64,000 bases of DNA from Chiloscyllium plagiosum (taxonomy: Eukaryota). Below the pieces are notes generated by a model. That model saw nothing but the letters and a program-made list of their open reading frames with translations, was not told the origin of the DNA and searched no databases. The stretch's first letter is position 1, and every line of letters begins with the position of its first letter. The position numbers and the translations under genes were made by a program. Below are positions 38,349 to 51,429 of the stretch, in pieces. The stretch spans positions 69,502,401 to 69,566,400 of the forward strand of contig NC_057719.1 of assembly GCF_004010195.1 (NCBI RefSeq), written 5' to 3'.

Positions 38349-39763
38349 TCAATGCAGCAGAAGGATGGGCAATCAAAGCTGGCCCAGCCAGCATGTCTAC
38401 GTCCCATAAAATAATTTTTAAAAAGCAACTGACTGTAATCAGGACATATCTACACAGAGGTCAGAATTATTTTGCAATTAATTGTGGTAAGAAGGCTGAC
38501 CAGTACTGTACTTGGTCAGTGGGAAGAAATTGAGAAGCCACTGTATCATTTAATTATTAGGGAAATAGTTTCATATGATATTCCCTTTCAGATAGTATTC
38601 AAATCCATAAATCTTCTTAAATCAATGAAGAGCAGAATGTCCGAGTACTTTGGTCAACATTTAACCATCAGCCAATACCGATAAAGAGCAAGTTAACTGG
38701 ATATTTACCTCATTGCCTTTGCTGTGATCTCTGGTTTCTACATGTCACAGTGATTACACTTCACCAACATATTTCAGGGTTTAATTCACCACAAGATACC
38801 TGGAGGTCATTAAAAGCTCAAAAATGAACTTTTTTGTGCATTTTTGAAATCCTTTCTGGGTGAAGGAGGTAACCTGAATCTTGGCAAATTGAAACCAATA
38901 AAACTGCTCTTCTCGGAATGAGGAATATGTATTTTCTTTGAAACAACAACTTGCTTTTGTACATTGCTACGGCTTTTAATGCAAAACAGAAAAGCTGTAC
39001 AATGTTGTATGAAATAACAACTGTGATAATCCATTAGCAAAAAAATTCATTTCATTCCAATTCTTTTGCCACTTTTAATAAATCGAAGTCTCTGGTTGCA
39101 GACCTCTCCCTGCCATGAGAAATATGTCTTTCCTATCAGCTGTGCTTCGGCCCCTTGTAATGTTGTACTCCTCAATCAAATCCCCTCTCAAATCTCGCCT
39201 ATTCCAAAGACAATGATGTCTCGCAAACTAATCTTTTCTCATAGCTACAATTCTCCAGTCTTGCTATATCCTTATAAATCTCCTCTTCACTCTCTAATGA
39301 CTATAATGACTTGTCCAGAACTATAGCTAATGCCGAACTCATCTTTTATGTCATTTTAACATAACCTCCCTGCTCTTTTCTATGCCTCAGCTAACAATGG
39401 AAAGTACCCAAATCCCTTCTGCGACAACTTATCCAGTGCCCTTATATATTCAGAAATCTGTAATCATATATTTCAGGGCCCTTCTGTTCCTCTACACATC
39501 TTATGATCTTACCATTGTCATCAGCAACTATCTACTTCAGACATTTGATTTCTCCTCAACTACTCTAACTCTCTCAGAGACCATGACTGTTTAACATAAA
39601 TGTTACTTCCTTAGAGGTTTTAAACAGAATTTCTCTTACATTTAGTCATAGAGTCATAGAGGCACACAGCATGGAAACAGACCCTTCAGTCCAACTCGTC
39701 CATGCCGACCAGATATCCGAACCTAATCTAGTCCCTTTTGCCATCAGTTGGCCCATATCCCTC

Positions 39764-39886
39764 TGGTGAAGGGCTTATGCCCGATACATCGATTCTCCTG
39801 CTCCGTGGATGTTGCCTGACCTGCTGTGCTTTCCCAGCACTACACTCTCGACTCTGATCTCCAGCATCTGCAGTTCTCACTTTCTT
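39764..39886 (+). mobile_element. Solo PLE terminal unit, 10-bp TSD, degenerate hammerhead
   Basis: CATATCCCTC at 39754-39763 and 39887-39896; CTGGTGA A GGGC-TTAT-GCCC GATAC ATC. Confidence 0.85.
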
Positions 39887-41045
39887 CATATCCCTCCAAA
39901 CCCTTTTTATTTATATACCCATCAAAATGCCTTTTAAATGCTGCAATTGTACAAGCCTCAGCCACTTCCTCTGGCAGCTCATTCCTACACGCGCCACCAT
40001 CTGTCTGAAAAAGTTGCCCATTAGGTCCCTTTTATATTCTCACCCTTCACCAAAACCCATGCCCTCTAGTTCTGGACTTCCCCACACCAGGGAAAAGACT
40101 TCGTCTATTTATCCGATCCATGCCCCTCATGATTTTATAAACCTCTATAAGGTCACCCCTCAGCATCTGATGTTCCAGGGAAAACAGCCTATTCAGCCTA
40201 TTCAGCCTCTCCCTGTAGCTCAAATCCTCCAGCCCTGGCAACATTCTTGTAAATCTTTTCTGAACCCTTTCAAGTTTCACAACATCCTTCTGAAAGGAAG
40301 GAGACCAGAATTGCACACAACATTCCAAAAGTGGCCTAACCAATGTCCTGTCCAGCCATAACATGACCTCCCAACTCCTGTACTCAATGCTCTGACCAAT
40401 AAAGGAAAGCAAACCAAATGCCTTATTCAGTATCGTTTCCACCTGCGACTGTCCTTTCAAGGAGCTATGAACCTGCACTCCAAGGTCTCTTTGTTCAGCA
40501 ACACTCCCTAAGACCTTACCATTAACTATATAGGTCCTGCTCTGATCTGCTTTTCCAAAATGCAGCACCTCATTTATCTAAAATAAACTCCATTTGCCAT
40601 TCCTCAGCCCATTGGCCTATCTGATCAGGATCCTGTTGTACTCTGAAGTAACCTTCTTCACTGTCCACTACACCTCCAATTTTCGTGTCATCTGCAAACT
40701 TACCAACTGTACTTCCTATGTTCACATCCATCCAAATCATTTGTGTACCCAGCACTGATCCTTGTGGCACTCCACTGGTCACAGGCCTCCAGTCTGAAAA
40801 ACAACCCCCCACTGCCATCCTCTGTCTTCTACCTTCGAGCCAGTTCTGTATCCAAATGGCTAGATCTCCCTGTATTCCTTGAGATATAACCTTGTTAACA
40901 CAGTCTCTCATGAGGAACCTTGTCAAACACCTTACTGAAGTCCATACAGATTACGTCCACTGCTCTGCCCTCATCAATCCTCTTTGTTACTTCTTCAAAA
41001 AATGCAATCAAGTTCGTGAGACATGACTTCCCACGCACATTAGCC

Positions 41046-41077
41046 CTGAAGAAGGGCTAATGCCCGAAACGTCGATT
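41046..41077 (+). ncRNA. Hammerhead core intact, helix I 5' strand lost
   Basis: CTGAAGA A GGGC-TAAT-GCCC GAAAC GTC GATT. Confidence 0.7.
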
Positions 41078-41177
41078 CTCCTGTTCCCTAGATGCTGCCA
41101 GACTTGCTGCGCTTTTCCAGCAACACATTTCCATCTCTGATCTCCAGCATCTGCAGACCTCACTTTCTCCTCAAAGA
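41046..41177 (+). mobile_element. Solo PLE terminal unit, 13-bp TSD
   Basis: TTCCCACGCACAT at 41028-41040 and 41178-41190; the unit begins at the CTGA of the hammerhead. Confidence 0.88.
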
Positions 41178-43459
41178 TTCCCACGCACATAGCCATGTTG
41201 ACTATCCCTAATCAGTCCTTGTTTTTCCAAATACATGTATATCCTGTCCCTCAGGATTCCCTCCAACAATTTGTCCAACACTGGTCTATAGTTCCCTGGC
41301 TTTTTCTTACCACCTTTCTTAAATAGTGGTGCTATGTTAGCTAATCTCCAGTCTTCCAGCACCTCACCTGTGACTATCGATAATAAAAATATCTCAGCAA
41401 GTGGCCCAGCAATCACTTCCCTAGCTTCCCACAGAATTCCAGGGTACAGATGATCAGGTCCTGGGGATTTATCCACTTTTCTGTGTTTCAAGGTATCCAG
41501 CACATGCTCCTCTGCAATATGGACATTTTTCAAGATGTCATCATCTATTTCCCAATATTCTATGTCTTCCATGCCCTCCTCCATAGTAAACACTAATGCA
41601 AACTACTTGGTTAATATCTCCCCCATCTCCTGTGACTCCACACATAGGCTACCTTGCTGATCTTTGAGAGGCCCTATTCTCTCCCTAGTTACCCTTTTGT
41701 CCTTAATGTACTTATAAAAACTCTTTGGATTTTCTTTAAGCCTGTTTGCCAAAGCTATCTCATGTCCCCTTTCTTCCCTCTTGATTTCCCTCTTAAGTAT
41801 ACTCCTATTGCCTTTATAGTCTTCTAAGCATTCACTCGATCTCTTCTGTCTATACCTGACATATGTTTCCTTCTTTTTCTTAACCAAAATCTCAATTTCT
41901 CTAGTCATCCAGCATTCCTTATACCTACCAACCTTTCCTTTTACCCTAACAGGAATGTACTGTCTCTGGGCTCCTGTTATCTCACATTTACACACAATGC
42001 AAGTGAAAACTCATCATTCAACACAAAGCCTCTCTGTCAATCTTGAAACCAAATCTCACTCAAATAGACATATCCCACCTACACCAGACCTATGAAATAA
42101 CTTCTCTGAACAGGTTGATTGAGAATATCTATACTCTATTTAACCTTCCTTATCTTTCTCTATGAAGTCTACAAAAGACAAAAGGGGAATTGGGGATGAA
42201 TTTAAATTATAATTGCCTTTCTCTTTTTAAGCTTGAGGCAATGTGGTATTATTGATTTACTCCTTTCTCTTTTACTCACAGCTCATAGTAGAATGGACTG
42301 AAGGGTACACAACCAACCCTGTTTTTGGATTTCAGATTTTGAAATGAACCTGCAGCAAAATTCTTTCCAATGAAATCAAAAATAAGCTTTATTATTAATG
42401 GAATAAAAATGTGGAGAAACTGCTTTGCTATTACATCTACTCACACATAAACACTTAGAAAAATAACAAAGAGACAACAGAGAGGTGATTGGTTAACATT
42501 ATAGGTTTTGGTTAATTCAGTGAAATAAAAACATCAGTTCACATGAGTTACAACTTCCTGGACATCAGCATCCATTGATAGTTTCCTCAATGAGCTGGAC
42601 CCAGTTATTTCTTGCAGGCAAATGGTAGGCTTCTTTCCAGCCAGCAGCTTGGAGACAGAGATGGAGGGTCTGATGTAGGCTACTAGCTGAATCTTGAGCC
42701 ATGTTCTGTCTCTGAAGGCCAAACAACAACTGGCCTAGGAAAACCCAGAATTGTATAGTTAAGCAATTCGACAAGCTCCAATTTCAAACTTGCGACAAAC
42801 ACAAACATTTCAAGTGCTGAAGTTTTACCTCACCAGTTAGAGGTTCCATTGAAATGTGACAGGGTAATTGTTAAATATTGGTGCTCATTTTAAGAGCATG
42901 AATTTTGATGTTTTCTTTGTCCAGAGCTAGCTGGAAACAAATGATTCGTGTCAGCTTGAGCTGAAATGGCTATACAATGCAATAGGCTTCAGAAGCATGT
43001 GAAAATATGATAATGTATCAATCGCATTTTATGAGTTCAGCAAGATTGTCATTTTTTAAAAGAAAGAGAATTAAAATGAGAAAATATAGAAGAGAATGGT
43101 TTTCTTTAGGATTTTTCAAACTCTCTGGCCATGATGAGTGGAAACAATGCTTCTCTAAACAATGCAAAGCTCCAAATAAAGCTGGTTACATTATATTTAT
43201 CCTGGTACCATCCCCCCAACTTTAATTCACACTTATTATTTAGTCTTCATTCTAATTAATCTTCTACTGGGACTCATAATTATGATGTTTAGAACTCAAT
43301 CATCATGACATCCAATCATGTATTTCATTATTAGTTCACTTTTGTTTTAAAATAGTTTCAACCTTGGGCCTTCACCAATGCTTTTCAAACATTAAGTAGC
43401 ATTACCCTAAAGGAATAGAGCTGTGTAGAACATAATTCACATGTTCTATGTTACTTAAT

Positions 43460-43745
43460 CCTGTAATAGTGCATTCTTATCCCTAAGTCACAGTGCTGTG
43501 ACTTCAAATCTTATTCAATGACACGGAATAGGTGAGGATTTCAATATTATTAGGAAAGAGCTGCATTGTTCAAAGTGAGATTAAAAGGAAGCCCTGCTTA
43601 CCTGTTCAAGAGAACATAAGAAAGGTCATAGCATTATTTGAAGATAAGCCAAGGAATTATTTTGTGTATTAGTGGCCAACAGTTACTCCTCGGTTAACAT
43701 TATTCAGGAGATTAAATTAGTGGAAATCTCTGCTCATTGAATACT
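43460..43745 (+). mobile_element. Ancient Deu-domain SINE (SacSINE1/AmnSINE-like)
   Basis: GCTGCATTGT...GCCCTGCTTACCTGTTCAAG...CATAGCATTATTTGAAGA..GTGGCCAACA resembles the Deu core consensus as recalled. Confidence 0.55.
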
Positions 43746-44040
43746 GAATGTCAGATTAGAAGTCTGCTTATTTAGCAACAGCAGAGAAGTTGTGAGAAGT
43801 GGCGGTGAGTTACAGCTGGATGTCATCATTGTACACAAAGGAAGTAACCCTCTGCTTTTGGATGACATGTTGGTAAGAAATAGGAGGGGACCATGGAACG
43901 GTCTTTGGAGCACACCAGAGGTCACAGTGTGGGGCCAGGAAGAGAAACCACAGGCTACGATTTGTTAGACAAAAGTGGAACTAGTTAAGAGAAATGCCAC
44001 TTAACTGGATAACAGTGGAAAGTGTTCCTTCAGTGACAGC
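43746..44040 (-). mobile_element. Old L2-like RT fragment
   Basis: VTSGVLQ..HGPLLFL and TACAATGATGACATCCAGCTG (YNDDIQL). Further L2-like pieces at about 49300-49560 and 50040-50560. Confidence 0.6.
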
Positions 44041-44916
44041 ATATGTAACAGTGTATAGTTTAAAGATAGATTCATACTTTAAATATAGATTGCAAAGGAT
44101 CAGTTGCCAAACATTCTAGTATTATAACTGCTTTTCAACTTCCTCCCCAGTAATTGATCCATCTTACACCATGCAATGTTTTAAAATATAGTGCTGATGA
44201 TTCTTCATTGTTCCTTCATGTCATCAAAGTGAACTATTTCTTCATAATTACAAAACATAATGAAATTTAAAACCAGTTAATGTAAATTCTGTAATTCCTG
44301 TAAACGCCATGAACATGTTGTACGTATTTCATGCAATCAATTGATATTAAAATTCAACTGCCCCACAGTGCACCAAAAACGTTTATCCATTTGCTGAGGT
44401 CCTTTTTTACTTGTGATTGCTACTGAAGAATAGCCATTTCCAGCTTTGACTTAACATTAGCACATGCCCTAGAACAATCAGTTCTGAAAGCACATTGTAC
44501 ACCATTTCTAGCCCACATTTACTGGGGAAGATGTTACGTCTGTTGTTGTATGACATTTTGCAATAAATTTTAATTATCTACTTCTTATTACAGCTTAGAT
44601 GAGAATAAATTTGCCGTGTTCCCCGGCATAAGAACAGTGTAACTAATACAAAAATTAGGTGCTCTGAGCAGATCCAATATTCTTATTTGCTATAAGTATC
44701 AAATGAAATATAAGCAGATCATATTAACGTTATTAAAATACATAACTAACTAATTATTCTATTTTCACTCAAAATTCTACTTTCAAAGGAATTGCAACTT
44801 GAGATGATTCTGAACTCAAAATATATGTAAACTATTTCCTTTCCTTAAATTCATGTAATTTCTGACCTTAGTGTTATGATTGCAAATATAAATAATGATT
44901 TGTTTTCACATTTCAA

Positions 44917-45131
44917 GGAGAAAGGGATGTCTGCAGATGCTGGAGATCAAAGTTGAAACTTTATTGCTGGAACAGCACAGCAGGTCAGGCAGCATCCAGG
45001 GAACAGGAGATTCGACGTTTCGGGCACAGAACAGGAGATTCGACGTTTCGGGCCTGTGCCCGAAACGTCGAATCTCCTGTTCCCTGGATGCTGCCTGACC
45101 TGCTGTGCTGTTCCAGCAATAAAGTTTCAAC
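44917..45131. mobile_element. PLE terminal fold-back insertion, 13-bp TSD
   Basis: Perfect 81-bp arms (44949-45029 and 45054-45134, the last 3 nt overlapping the TSD), 24-nt internal duplication, TSD TTTCACATTTCAA at 44904-44916 and 45132-45144. Confidence 0.9.
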
Positions 45132-47025
45132 TTTCACATTTCAAAACAAGGATAACATGCTAAATAAACCAGTTAATTGGTCATTTTCTCAACAAAGTAG
45201 GCTAATTATTTCAATAAATTAGTGAATTTTCTCTGAATGAGATATTACTCTTTAATGTACATCATAAAGAAGGAGCCACTGACTACAGTTGACAATAACC
45301 ATAACGCCTTAACTGTGTTTGAAAGTCTACTGGGGTTTCAATTGTTCTGTGTCCATTTGCTGTCCACACACACTGTGTACAAGTCTGATTCTGAATCTTG
45401 GATAAGCTGTAATCCCACATGCGTGGACATAACCTTTTTATATTTAATGCCATTCTTCAGCTCAATCTGTGGCTAGAGAAGGTTTTTTCTTTCCCTGTTC
45501 TCATATCCCTTCCAATGGTAAATCCTGAACAAATGCTTCTCCAAGTTATATATTTTATCTCATTATTTATTCCACATTTCACATGATGAGAAAAAAAGCT
45601 GCTTTTCCCAGGTGCTGAATAGAACAACTTACAAGTCCCAAAAGCTTAACAGTGAACAGATAAAACCTAGAATTACAAATTAAATTGAATCTATTACAGA
45701 GACAGATGACAGACACTGACTAAACTGAGCTGTCGTTTGTACTTTTTAACCTTTCTTTCTTTTATTTAACTCATCTGATTGTCTTTATATTTTGTTCTTA
45801 AAGAAGTTGACAAAAAAACTCAGATAAGCAATTGAATATGTAAGTAGCATTTGATATCATTATCTGGCAATGTGCCTGAGAATGAACTTTCACCCCCTCA
45901 AATCAAACATGACCCCTGATATGTCTAAACCTGCAACACCCAGACATTAAAAGGAATACACAATTAAAAGTCCTTGATTGCTTTGCCAGAATGCCAGAAA
46001 GAGAATTTAAGTCATTATGATTCCAACTAAATTAGAATTGCTGGCCATCTTCTAAGGGAACATGTGTAATGAAATAGAGAGCAAATTGTTCCATTCCTGC
46101 TATTAATGAATATGGAATTCTAAGGTTTTTAAAGGTTCTAAAAGATAATGATTCATTATACACACAGTTGTGATTTTCAACTTTCGGTTACATTATTCCT
46201 CCTTAAAAAGATCTATGTTTTCTAATAAAATATCAGAAAATAATTTCCTGTAAATGTCTAATCCCAGTAATCATTGGAGATATAAATTATTCGCAGTTTT
46301 TTAATCAATCAGACAGTGTGCAGGAAGCTTTTTATTGTTTGAGTGATTTTACCCACACTAAATACTGTCTGACTGGGTTTGGCAGGAGTTGGGGGTGAGT
46401 GTTGGATTATTGAAGGTAAAGGAAGAAAGGGAAAGAAAATCGCCTGGGTTTTGTATGTGTTTTTGATGGCAAACTGAGATTTTTGTCTCCATTAGTCTTC
46501 TGAAGCTGACCAAAATTTCAGTATTCAGAACAAGCACAAATATTGAAATTTTGAACTTTAAACAGTATACTATCCCCAAGTCAGCAATCAGCAAAATTTG
46601 TTTATTTAGTAGCATCTTTGGGTTTTCCGCTGTCACATTGCTATTAACAATCCCATAACAACCAGGTCAATCTTGTTCAATCAGGTCTTACTGTTTCTTT
46701 CAACAGCAAGCTGAGTAATAATTATTGATGAACAACAGACTTGTCACTGAAAAAAACTGTCTATTTTTATGTAGTGTGATTAAATATCTCCATTACAATA
46801 ATTACGAGATATTTTGATCTACATTTTTAAAAATCACTTTTATGTGCTTCCATGATATTTCAGTTTCTGTGTTCATCCTATGTGCATGACCTACTCTATT
46901 TTATTCACGTTCCCTTTGGAAAAATTGATTTCATTTTCATGTTTTGTATTTCCTGATTGGCTTTGTAAAAATTATTTAATGTGATTGTCTATTTGGACAG
47001 CTTGCTGACATGATAGGAATTCCTA

Positions 47026-47201
47026 GGAGAAAGCGAGGACCGCAGAGTGCTGGAGATTGGGGTGGAAAAGTGTGGTGCTGGAAAAACACAGCAGATCAGG
47101 CAGCATCCGAGGACATTCCTGATGAAGGACGTATGCCTGAAACGTCGACTCTCCTGCTCCTCAATTGCTGCCTGACCTGCTGTGCTTTTCCAACGCCACA
47201 C
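47026..47201. mobile_element. PLE terminal fold-back insertion with a partly degenerate hammerhead (47115-47150, +)
   Basis: Imperfect TSD TGATAGGAATTCCTA / TGATAAGAATTACTA; ATTC CTGATGA AGGAC GTAT GCCT GAAAC GTC GACT. Confidence 0.82.
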
Positions 47202-47317
47202 TGATAAGAATTACTACTTGCTACAATCAAGTTACTTACTACCTATGGAGAGGGCTAAAGGTCTGACCAGAGGGATCACCAGATCTGTCAGCTTGGTCTT
47301 TGGCCCTGCCTGGGGAC

Positions 47318-47948
47318 TGTGATGACACTATAGCTTTAAGGAGTGTATTTTGCCCTAACTTTTCTTTTGAAGAGAGATTTTAAGGCAGAAGTGCTAAGAT
47401 CTTTATTTGAATATAATAAAGTCAACACCTTTCAAGACCTTTGTTTTTTTGTAAGTTGCAACAATAGAAGCAGCTTGAATGGGTGAGATCAAGATCCCCC
47501 AGAGCCAGAATGTTTCATTTTAGTTTCTCAATAGCAGCTGCTGGGGCTTGAAGCTGTGATTAGAGGCTGCAGTATGTCTCTCCCTGCTACTCTCTCTCTC
47601 TCTCTCAGAGTTTTCTCTTGATGTTTTTTCCTCCTGGACTGGGGAATTGCATGTGACACTATAATTTACTGAATTACCTTTGCAAAGGATGAGTTTATGG
47701 GATGTTACATTGGAACAGTTACTGTTTAGTAGCTAAATAATCTATTATTCTGTTAAGTTTTCTAATTTATTCTTTCTTTTGTTATCTTTTAACTATAATG
47801 TTTGAATAAAGTGTGATTTGCTTTAAGACTCATAGTTTGACCAATCGAATGGCATCTTGAACATAACACCTGGCTCATGTCTTTAAAATAAGAAAATAAG
47901 AAAATAGTAGTGTCTAGACTATGTTTTGTGGGGGTCTGGTCCATAACA
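47318..47948 (+). mobile_element. Candidate LTR (Gypsy/ERV-like)
   Basis: TGTGATG...CATAACA termini, internal (CT)n, AATAAA near 47805; no TSD found. Confidence 0.4.
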
Positions 47949-50900
47949 TGTCTGTTCACAAATGCACCGAATAATTTCAAATTTTCTGATCATCCTCATT
48001 CCATGCTTTTGAGAAATGTTCATACTATTTGACAATTTGACAATTTCCTATTTTCTTCATTCTATTCCTGAAAATAACAAGTCAGTAAGTGTTGTCCATT
48101 CTTGGATATGGCCTCATTGCCATCTATTGATGCAGTCAGCTATTTCTCACTCACATTTAAGACTTGACATGTAGGCAGACTCACAAAGTCAAATGCCACT
48201 TGGCTACCAAGGTAACAACATGGGTGCTCAGACATTGCTGGCTCTCAAATCAACAACTTGACACAGTGCCTGTGAATCAATATGTTAGGACAGCTGGCAT
48301 CAATAAGGAGCTGCATATATCACCACAGGTCTGTGTTCAACAAGTTCATGCTGGCCAGCAAGCAGCCTTACAAGCAGACTGAGCATCTTAAACAATTAAA
48401 GAAAACAAAAACAAATCAAGCCATGTACCAAAGTAGGGGGAATGTGTAAATTTACACTGCTATGACTACCATTACCAGCTTCATCTCCCTTTTACTCACA
48501 GTGTAGCTGGCACAGGTTTAATTTGTTACTTGGCTCCATCATGACTCAATTTCAAGTCCAGTCTCAATTGATTTCCAAAACAGCCAGACTTGATCTGACT
48601 TCTGCTGCATGGGGAATTCAAAAGCTGAACCTTCTGCTTTGCCAAGAAAACCAGAAGCTCTTGGGCTGAAATAAATTAAGAGCAGGATGAAAGATTAATG
48701 TTGGTATTAGGAATGTAGATTAAACATGTTACATTTCTGGTGATCAAGCAGCCAGGGAGAGCCTCAGTGGTGATATGTATCATTAATATATTCTTGCAGG
48801 TGGCACACTGATGGGTCTGCACCTGATGAGCTACTGCGGTGAGATTCTTAAAGGGTATGATTTTAGAACTGTCACTGACTCATCGCTAGAAGCAAATCAT
48901 TTCACTGCAGACTTAACAAAGTAAATCCAGATTGTAGCTTCAACAAAAATGTTTGCACGCTCTTGCTATCAATTCTTCTTTGATATAAATGCATCATGGA
49001 TAGGCCTATTTCCAAGCCAATCTATTTGTTCTGCATCATAACACCACTTACGGTTTCTCATGAAAATCCACTGGAGATCAATAAATTGGTTTTGGTGAGT
49101 AGATCATCCATTGCAAGAACCTGGAAGGCTTTTGTTCCAGTCTATGGCTGGTATACTATATAAACTTGATGGAATGCAAACATTGACTGTTGACAGATAT
49201 TTATATACAGTTCAGCCAGAAATTAAATAATGAAATCTCATCAGAGGAAAATTTCCAAAATTTGTTTATGGTAATGACACAGTAATCACAGTGAAAAAGA
49301 ACATATATTTGTATAGAGCCTTTAACATCATGAAAGGTTCTAAGGTGCTGCACAGGAACATTATGAAACAAAGTAAAACAGTGAGCCACATTAGGGAGCT
49401 ATTAGGTCAAATGGCTAAAAGGTTGGTCAAGAACTTGATTTTTAAGGTGTGTTTTAAACAAAGAAAATAAGCTAAAGAAGTACTATGCAAACAGGAAGTA
49501 ATTCCACAGTTTGGGATACAGGTAACTGAAGGCATAACCACCAACAATGGAATGAATAAAATTGGACGAAAAATATAAAAAGATAATATTTGTTGAACAG
49601 GTCTTTGTTATTTTGATTCATATTCATAATTTTATTGAAGAACTCTTGATGCAAGTTGACAAGCTTCAAATTGTAATGAAATTCTAAATTCCATAAAATA
49701 CAATCATAGGGCAACAAGGCTAAGAAATTAAAACTTCTAAAAACAAAACAAAATCTTGCTCCTGTACAGGTTTCTCACATCAGGACTTACTCTTTATTGG
49801 GATCTTTTAGAAATACACCTCTTTTACACTTCACTTTGGAGACTTGGCCACATAATGTAACCTCGATCTTGATCACAGAAAGAGCCTTGAATCTGAACTA
49901 TTTTTTTAAATCAAAACTAACAAATGGCATTTTAAAAATTCAGAATCATAGAATTGTTATCATGGAGCCGGAGTCCATTTGGCAAATTGCCTTCCCACTA
50001 GCTCTCTGGATGAGCAGTCCTTTGACTGCCAATCTCCACCTTCTCTTTACAGTCCAGGGACTGAGTCATAGTCAGACTTTAAGGTCAAAATGCAAGTGGT
50101 TTGGAGATTACAGGTAGGCCAGTCAAGCTGCTGTTAACATTAGTCGAGTAAGGGGGTGTGTTAGGGTAATAATGGTCAGAGAATGTTTCATGGGGTTGCC
50201 CATGGAGTCTGCAGAAAATGGGCAAGTCAAGTTTGGTGTTAGGTTTCATTTGTTGTGCAGCTGAGGGAATGTTCACTGTTATAGGGGGCAATTGCAGTTA
50301 GTGATGTGGGACGTCACACTGAATGGAAGGGACTGGCTGAGAACTGTCAAAGAGGGGCTTTGGCAGGTCGTAATTATTCAGGCCTCTACATCAGAAGAGT
50401 GTAAGGATGACAAAGATAAGGGAACCTCCGGAGACATGGGAACCGGGGGTAAAGAGACAATGATTATTTAAATAGACTCAACTGAAATTGGGGAGGAAGA
50501 CTGAGGATGAAGCGTCATCAGTGGCCACAGGGACAACAACTGAAAAGGATACATGAAGAGTGGGGAAAAGTGGAGAATTACGGTTGGAGCCTGCCAATCA
50601 CTCATGCTAACCTGAAGTTAGAACCTTGTCATATTGGATTAAAAGTTAGCTATTCATTAACTTCACAAAATGTTGTGACTGCATGCAAAGTGGGTGTTAC
50701 TGCATTTTTCTTCATTCGGAGGTATAAAATTGACGTGAAGACCCCTGAGGAGCATTTTCAGTAATCATGCTGCCATTGATTAAGCAATTCTATCAACTGC
50801 TTTTGAATTGCACTACATTAAGAGGTTATTTATTGTCCAAGAATGCAGATTTAAAGTTATGGTCTCAAACAATCATTGGCCCTACATTATGAGCAGTAAT

Positions 50901-51068
50901 TGCCTCCTCATCATGTAAACTAAACAAGTGTTATGAGAATAAGGAACTTAAAGCAGAACCTAAAGTTTCCATTTGCCAGGCACATTCCATAGCAAATTTT
51001 GGAAGATAGGGCTTTGCAGCTACCTGACTCTCACACTGAAGTGTAAATCAGATTAGACTAGATTATTT

Positions 51069-51429
51069 ATGGGCAGCACGTTGCACAATGAGCGGCACGG
51101 TGGCACAATGGGCGGCACGGTGGCACAGTGGTTAGCACTGCTGCCTCACAGCGCCAGAGACCCGGGTTCAATTACTGCCTCAGGCAACTGTCTGTATGGA
51201 GTTTGCACATTCTCCCCGTGTCTGCGTGGGGTTCCTCCGGGTGCTCTGGTTTACTCCCACACTCCAAAAATGTTCAAGTTAGGTGAATTGGCCATGCTAA
51301 ATTGCCCGTAGTGTTAGGTGAAGGGCTAAATGTAGGGGAATGGGTCTGGGTGCATTGCTCTTCAGAGGGTTGGTGTGGACCTGTTTCCACACTGTAAGTA
51401 ATCTAATCTAATCTAATTAGTAATCTAAT
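51069..51429 (+). mobile_element. HE1/V-SINE, near full length
   Basis: GGCACGGTGGCACAGTGGTTAGCACTGCTGCCTCACAGCGCCAGAGACCCGGGTTCAATT (A/B boxes); V domain GGAGTTTGCACATTCTCCCCGTGTCTGCGTGGG; (TAATC)n tail. Confidence 0.92.

Larger units (their letters stand above)
39644..41988 (-). mobile_element. CR1 LINE ORF2 and 3' UTR, with two nested PLE terminal units
   Basis: ORFs 40047-41995 with [34 protein letters not shown]; tail (GACTCTAT)n. Confidence 0.93.

Noticed and set aside
42060..42780. Possible LTR-like segments here and at about 5860-6270
   Set aside because: Could not define TG...CA termini or TSDs.
48801..48838. Plus-strand micro-exon (ttcttgcag|...|gtgaga)
   Set aside because: Isolated, with no partner exons or recognisable peptide; expected by chance.
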